From contig OZ024740.1 in assembly GCA_964016885.1 (NCBI GenBank), forward strand, positions 238,142,001 to 238,206,000: a DNA stretch of 64,000 nucleotides, written 5' to 3'. The position numbers were made by a program, and so were the translations under genes. Source of the DNA: Eledone cirrhosa (taxonomy: Eukaryota). Positions 63,131 to 64,000 of this stretch are shown piece after piece. Within the stretch, counting starts at the first letter, position 1. Every line of letters starts with the position of its first letter. The notes beneath the pieces are model-generated. The model did not search any database. It had not been told where the DNA came from and was given only the letters and a program-made list of their open reading frames with translations.

Positions 63131-63377
63131 AAACCCCACTTTTTTTTGGAACACTTCAAAAGGCATCCTTGCTGGGAACAGCAAGAACCCTCTGATATAT
63201 TCTGAATCAACCCCAGTGAGTTACTGGTATTATATTTTAAAAACCCTGTAAGGATAAAAGATAAAGCTAACCTCCATCGAATTTGAAAACAGAATGTAAA
63301 GAACTGTAACTATATGCGACAATCATGGTGTCCAATGCTCTACCAATCCACTGCCCGTAATAATAACAACAATAATA

Positions 63378-64000
63378 ATCATCATCATCATCATCATCAT
63401 CAACGTTTAATGTCTATCTTCCATGCTAGCATGGGTTTAGACGGGAATTTGTCCTACTTGAGGCAAGATTGGTCGGATGACCATGTCTCACTCGTATAGG
63501 ACTGTCTGGCAGGTTTTCTACAGCTGGATGCCCTTCCTAACACCAAACACGTTTACAGTGTGGACTGGGAGGTTTTTACCGTGTTACCTACACGGCCACA
63601 TTACAGCGTGGACTGTGTGTTTTTTTGTCGTGACACCTACACGACCTCATTTATTTTGGACTGGATGTTGTGGTACCAACATAACTTTACAGAGAAAGGG
63701 TGGTGTGGGGGGGGGGAAGTAGGGGTAGTGGGATGGGGTATATATTTGGTTAGGAGGTGCCTACTGACTGTAGGTTTCACTTTGTACATAGGCAAGGCAG
63801 GTCTCGGACCAGTGACATTGTCTTAGAGAGATGTAAGTGTGTAAGGTCGGAATTTATCAAATTGTCCCAGATTTTTCTGGATCTACCTACTCCATAACTT
63901 CCATCAATTTTGATCGCCCTGTACTTTTTTATTCAGCTGTCGTCTTTCATGCGCATCATGTGACCATACCAACGAAGTCTTCTCTCAAGTAAACTGCATC
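63378..64000 (-). mobile_element. RTE 3' end, continues beyond window
   Basis: RRLRWYGHMMRMKDDS; UTR matches 36460-37038; (CAT)n on plus. Confidence 0.87.

Overview
AT-rich, microsatellite-dense animal DNA made almost entirely of transposable elements. The SINE families, RTE tails and microsatellite load resemble an octopus/cephalopod genome (inference, no database search). No intact host gene was found; there is one exon-like segment with an internal stop. Contents: several RTE-clade LINEs (one ending in three C2H2 fingers, one with a PHD-like finger, one with a twin-priming inversion), R4/Dong-like RLE elements, a full-length L1/Tx1-clade element in (AAT)n, a Gypsy element with two 384-bp LTRs, Helitron, hAT and mariner remnants, and tRNA-derived SINEs. 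The most striking layer is a set of Penelope-like elements and short non-coding derivatives sitting in (TA)n tracts, with terminal palindromes and many hammerhead-ribozyme motifs. One of these is a retrozyme-like unit with two identical hammerheads 527 nt apart. Other highlights are a SINE sharing its 3' tail and ATTAT target with the Tx1 LINE, LTRs with TG...AA termini, and a codon-conserved short peptide in Penelope terminal tails. All coordinates were read by eye and may be off by a few bases.
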